A stretch of DNA of 53,741 bases, filler included, from Bipalium vagum (taxonomy: Eukaryota), in assembly GCA_037834085.1 (NCBI GenBank). It is 3 parts of 3 records of this genome, joined end to end, with 100 filler letters (N's around TTAATTAATTAA, not from the genome) between each part and the next. Parts side by side here need not be neighbours in the genome. Positions count along the whole stretch, not along the records: positions 32,916 to 53,741 come from JBBMKC010246225.1; 2 more parts are not named here. One strand, written 5' to 3'. Position numbers and translations under genes: made by a program. This document shows positions 50,286-53,741 of the stretch, in pieces (within the stretch, counting starts at the first letter, position 1; every line of letters starts with the position of its first letter). The notes under the pieces were generated by a model, which saw nothing but the letters and a program-made list of their open reading frames with translations, was not told the origin of the DNA and searched no databases.

Positions 50286-52838
50286 CATTTGCATCAACAG
50301 TATCACTACCATCCTCAGTCAATTATCATTTCTTATGAAATTTTAATTTATTAGTTATTTTATGCCCATTTACGAATTGTTAGTTTACATATCTCATTTA
50401 TTTTAATAATGGTTCATTAATAATATAATTTTTAAAAAATTATTATTATTTTAACAATTAGGTTAACTCAATATCATTGTAAATACCAGATGTGTTAGTT
50501 ACTGGAAAGTCATCGACGCTTTCTGAATTCATTCTAATAACATTGAGTATAAGTTTTAGAAGATTTATTAATACATTATAACAAATTAAATTTAAATGGA
50601 ATACCATAGATTTCAATTTAAAATTAGGAAATAATATTATAACGGATATTGGAAAAGTAGCTTTAATAGGAGTTTCAACTTTTTTGAGTTTATTAGTTTC
50701 TATTTCTATTGGTACTGCAATTTTACGGATTTAAATGTATTTATTTTTGAGTTCATTATTAGGCATTATATAGAAAAGAAAACTTTTTACAAAGAAATTT
50801 TGGCACAGTATATGTTACTAAAAATGTAAATTAAAAAATTAAAAAAGAATTGAAGCTAATTGAAACATTGAGTTAAAACAAATGAGAATAAAGAAATTGA
50901 AGAAATTAACAAATTGCAATATATTTTATTTAGAATTTGGAAAGTAGATGCAAATCAAAATGTAATTGATCTTGACAGGAGAATTGAAATGTTCAATAAA
51001 TTAAATGATGAAAAAAATAATTTCATACTGATCAAATTAATAAATACAATGAAGAAAACAAATATATTTAACAAAATATCATAAACATTTTGCTGATGCG
51101 CTAACAAAGAAATTGTCTGATAAATTAGAAAAACGAACATTTGTAAGAGATGAAAATCAGCTGTTAGTTACGGCTACGTTATCGACAGTTTCTGAATTCT
51201 TAAATTAACATTTTTATTCGATGAAAATAATTGAATATTTGAACAAGTGTTTTATTTTTATTATTTTTCAATGTTCAAGATCTTTTGCAGTGATTTTTCA
51301 TATCGATTAGGCAACTTTTTATTTCAAATGATTTCATTTTCGATTTTAAACCCAGAACATGGAGATTAAAAGATTTTAGCTATTTCATATAGAAAAAGTT
51401 CAAGAAGTACTTCAATAATAGCATTAGCGTCACTAAGTAATAATTTGTTGACAGAAAAATGTGATCATTCTGCTCTTTTTGATAATGTAATTTTTTTGTA
51501 ATTTCGGTGGTTTGGATGTTTCACTCAAGTATTTCAAAATTCTCCACAATGCAGATCCATGAAAACTGACAAATACCTAAAATTCCTGCAAAATATGACT
51601 TCAGACTTTCAGGCAACACTACCTGCTTCGATAGTGATCAGACCTCACATAGCTCAATTGATTCGACTTCGGCTAGCAGAATACCATCTGTGTCTATAAA
51701 ATCAGCACCATATAGATAATATTCAAATATGGAATTAGAAAAAATAAATAGTATAATAAGTATATATAAAAAGAATATATTTATTAGAAGAAAATCTTTA
51801 TTTGAAGATTCCAATTGCATTGAAGATTGCATTTGACATATTTGTGAGACAAAGAAAGATCTGTTAAAGTTGCAATACAAGATACTGATAAAGCCAAAAT
51901 ATCACAAAAGAAGAGCACCAGACCACAAATTATATTTTTTTAGATAATTCATTGTTCAACAAAGTTAAAATATTTGGAATTAGTGGAGAATTGTCAAATA
52001 TTAAAAAAGAATCAAATTTTTTACAACGTTAAAATTGACTTTCTTACATAAATGTGGTAACGGTGATATTTCTTAGCGTTTCATTTATTATTCGTCAAAA
52101 TGAATCCAATTTTACAACCAATTGAGAAAATCCTTGTAGAAATTGAGTTGCATATCTGGCAAGGAATCTATCATTGACCTGAAGAAATGAACATATATGT
52201 GGGAATTATGCCTGGGTTGTTTATTTAAACAAAAATCATTTCTAAACCTATATAAACTTACAATGGATATTCAAATATTAAAAATAAATTGTGTTTTCGT
52301 GTTTCGATATCATTGATTAAAACAGAATTATTGAATCATTCTTATTAAAGTTTTCAAGACGTCCTTTATCTTACATGTCTTCAACTTGTTAATTATCGTT
52401 ACGTTTGATACAATATCTTGATGAAACAGATGATCTAATTTTTTACTAATTATTTTACGTTCTTTTGATAATTATTCTTTCTGTTTTTGAAAAATTGATT
52501 TAATATTATTTCATTTTCATTTGTGTTTGAATAATTATAAATTTACATTTAATAAAAATTTGATAACTAAATTTATTGATTATAGATTTAAAATAATATT
52601 TAATTATGACGATTGGTGCATTTTTATATCAATTAAATTTCTTTTAATTATTTCACTTAAACTTAATTAAAAATGTTATTTTTATATTATATATATAATT
52701 TTATTTTCAATTTTATTTCCAAATTTAAAATTATTTCTTTATATATTGGCAATTGTAAAAATCGTGAATAAAACCATTAACTTAATATGGTCTTATTATT
52801 ATTATTATTATTTAATTGAATAAGAATAGGAATAAGGC

Positions 52839-53292
52839 ATTTTTAGAAAGTGTAAAGAAAAGTATGCATTTGGAGAAATAATGTTAATTAATTAACCGTC
52901 GCTTTGGTTGTGAAATGGCAATCATTATCATATTAGGATGTGGACTGAAAAATGTCTGCAAAAGAATTACAGAGAAATTATCGCTTTCAAACTGTAAAAA
53001 GAGGCATATATGTAGATAATATAAAAAATGGTTTCCATGGTTTCCAAACACCTGTAGAGTTAAATTGATTATTCTAAAAATATTTAAAGATGTCTTGGAA
53101 TGAAAAAAGTAAAATATCTTTGGTAAAGATATCGACGGGTATTTTTACTACATTCATTTGACAATGTCTTGAAGACGGTCGAAAACAAGTCAAGGGATAC
53201 TGAATTTTGTGAATTAATTTATTTCATATGTTTTTAAATACAGAAATTTTTTCTATAGTGACAATAAATTTGATAAAGAAACATTTGATCAA
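52839..53292. repeat. Diverged repeat, inverted relative to the copy at 48318-48730
   Basis: See the partner copy. Confidence 0.78.
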
Positions 53293-53676
53293 GACTTCTT
53301 CATTTAAATCATCACTACGAAATGTGAAAACGTTTTTGTAAGAATCAACTTGATAAACTATTTCGATTTTTTTACTCTTCTCGTACCTCTAAAGTGATGA
53401 TTGTTTTTTAAATCTTAAATTTTTATATCTTTGTAATATTTTAATTTAGTCACAATATTATAATGAAAACTTTTCTAGATGAAGTTCAAGTTATATCTTC
53501 AACAAATTAAAACCTATGTAATATATGCTCATTAGATATTCCAAATAATATTATGATGCAGAATTCAATAAATCATTCAGATAGGAATGAAGAAAAATTA
53601 CCACCGTGGCAATCCTAACCGCTTATTTATGATAGAAAACAGGTCCTAAACATCTTTTTAAAAACTACGTAACTAA

Positions 53677-53711
<35 letters not shown>

Positions 53712-53741
53712 GACTACTACTAATAATAATAATAATAATAA
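53677..53741. repeat. Compound (ACT)n(AAT)n microsatellite at window end
   Basis: Direct reading. Confidence 0.9.

Noticed and set aside
1-53741. CRISPR arrays or prokaryotic operon/defence systems
   Set aside because: The sequence is eukaryotic with spliceosomal introns, and no regularly spaced repeat-spacer array was seen.

Overview
Very AT-rich eukaryotic genomic DNA. The composition, 43-64 nt GT-AG introns, TE content and divergent 7TM receptors suggest a free-living flatworm/planarian, but this is an inference. The window is three contigs joined by artificial 100-bp spacers (N44-TTAATTAATTAA-N44 at 16505-16604 and 32816-32915), so linkage across the spacers is unknown. Contig 1 holds a 6-coding-exon Nck/Dock SH3-SH3-SH3-SH2 adaptor gene (minus strand, about 665 aa, with a greatly expanded low-complexity linker). 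Contig 2 holds a complete 12-exon 6-phosphogluconate dehydrogenase gene (minus strand, 484 aa) that the ORF track misses entirely. Contig 3 holds three paralogous divergent rhodopsin-like orphan GPCR loci (two apparently intact, one pseudogene). Introns and intergenic DNA contain decayed Tc1/mariner, pogo, Penelope-like, gypsy and Chapaev-like elements. The most unusual signal is a 114-bp TG...CA-bounded dispersed element (two full copies, one truncated). It carries a tRNA-Ala-like core with a palindromic, remodelled anticodon arm and a conserved upstream flank, which fits neither an ordinary tRNA gene nor a classical SINE.
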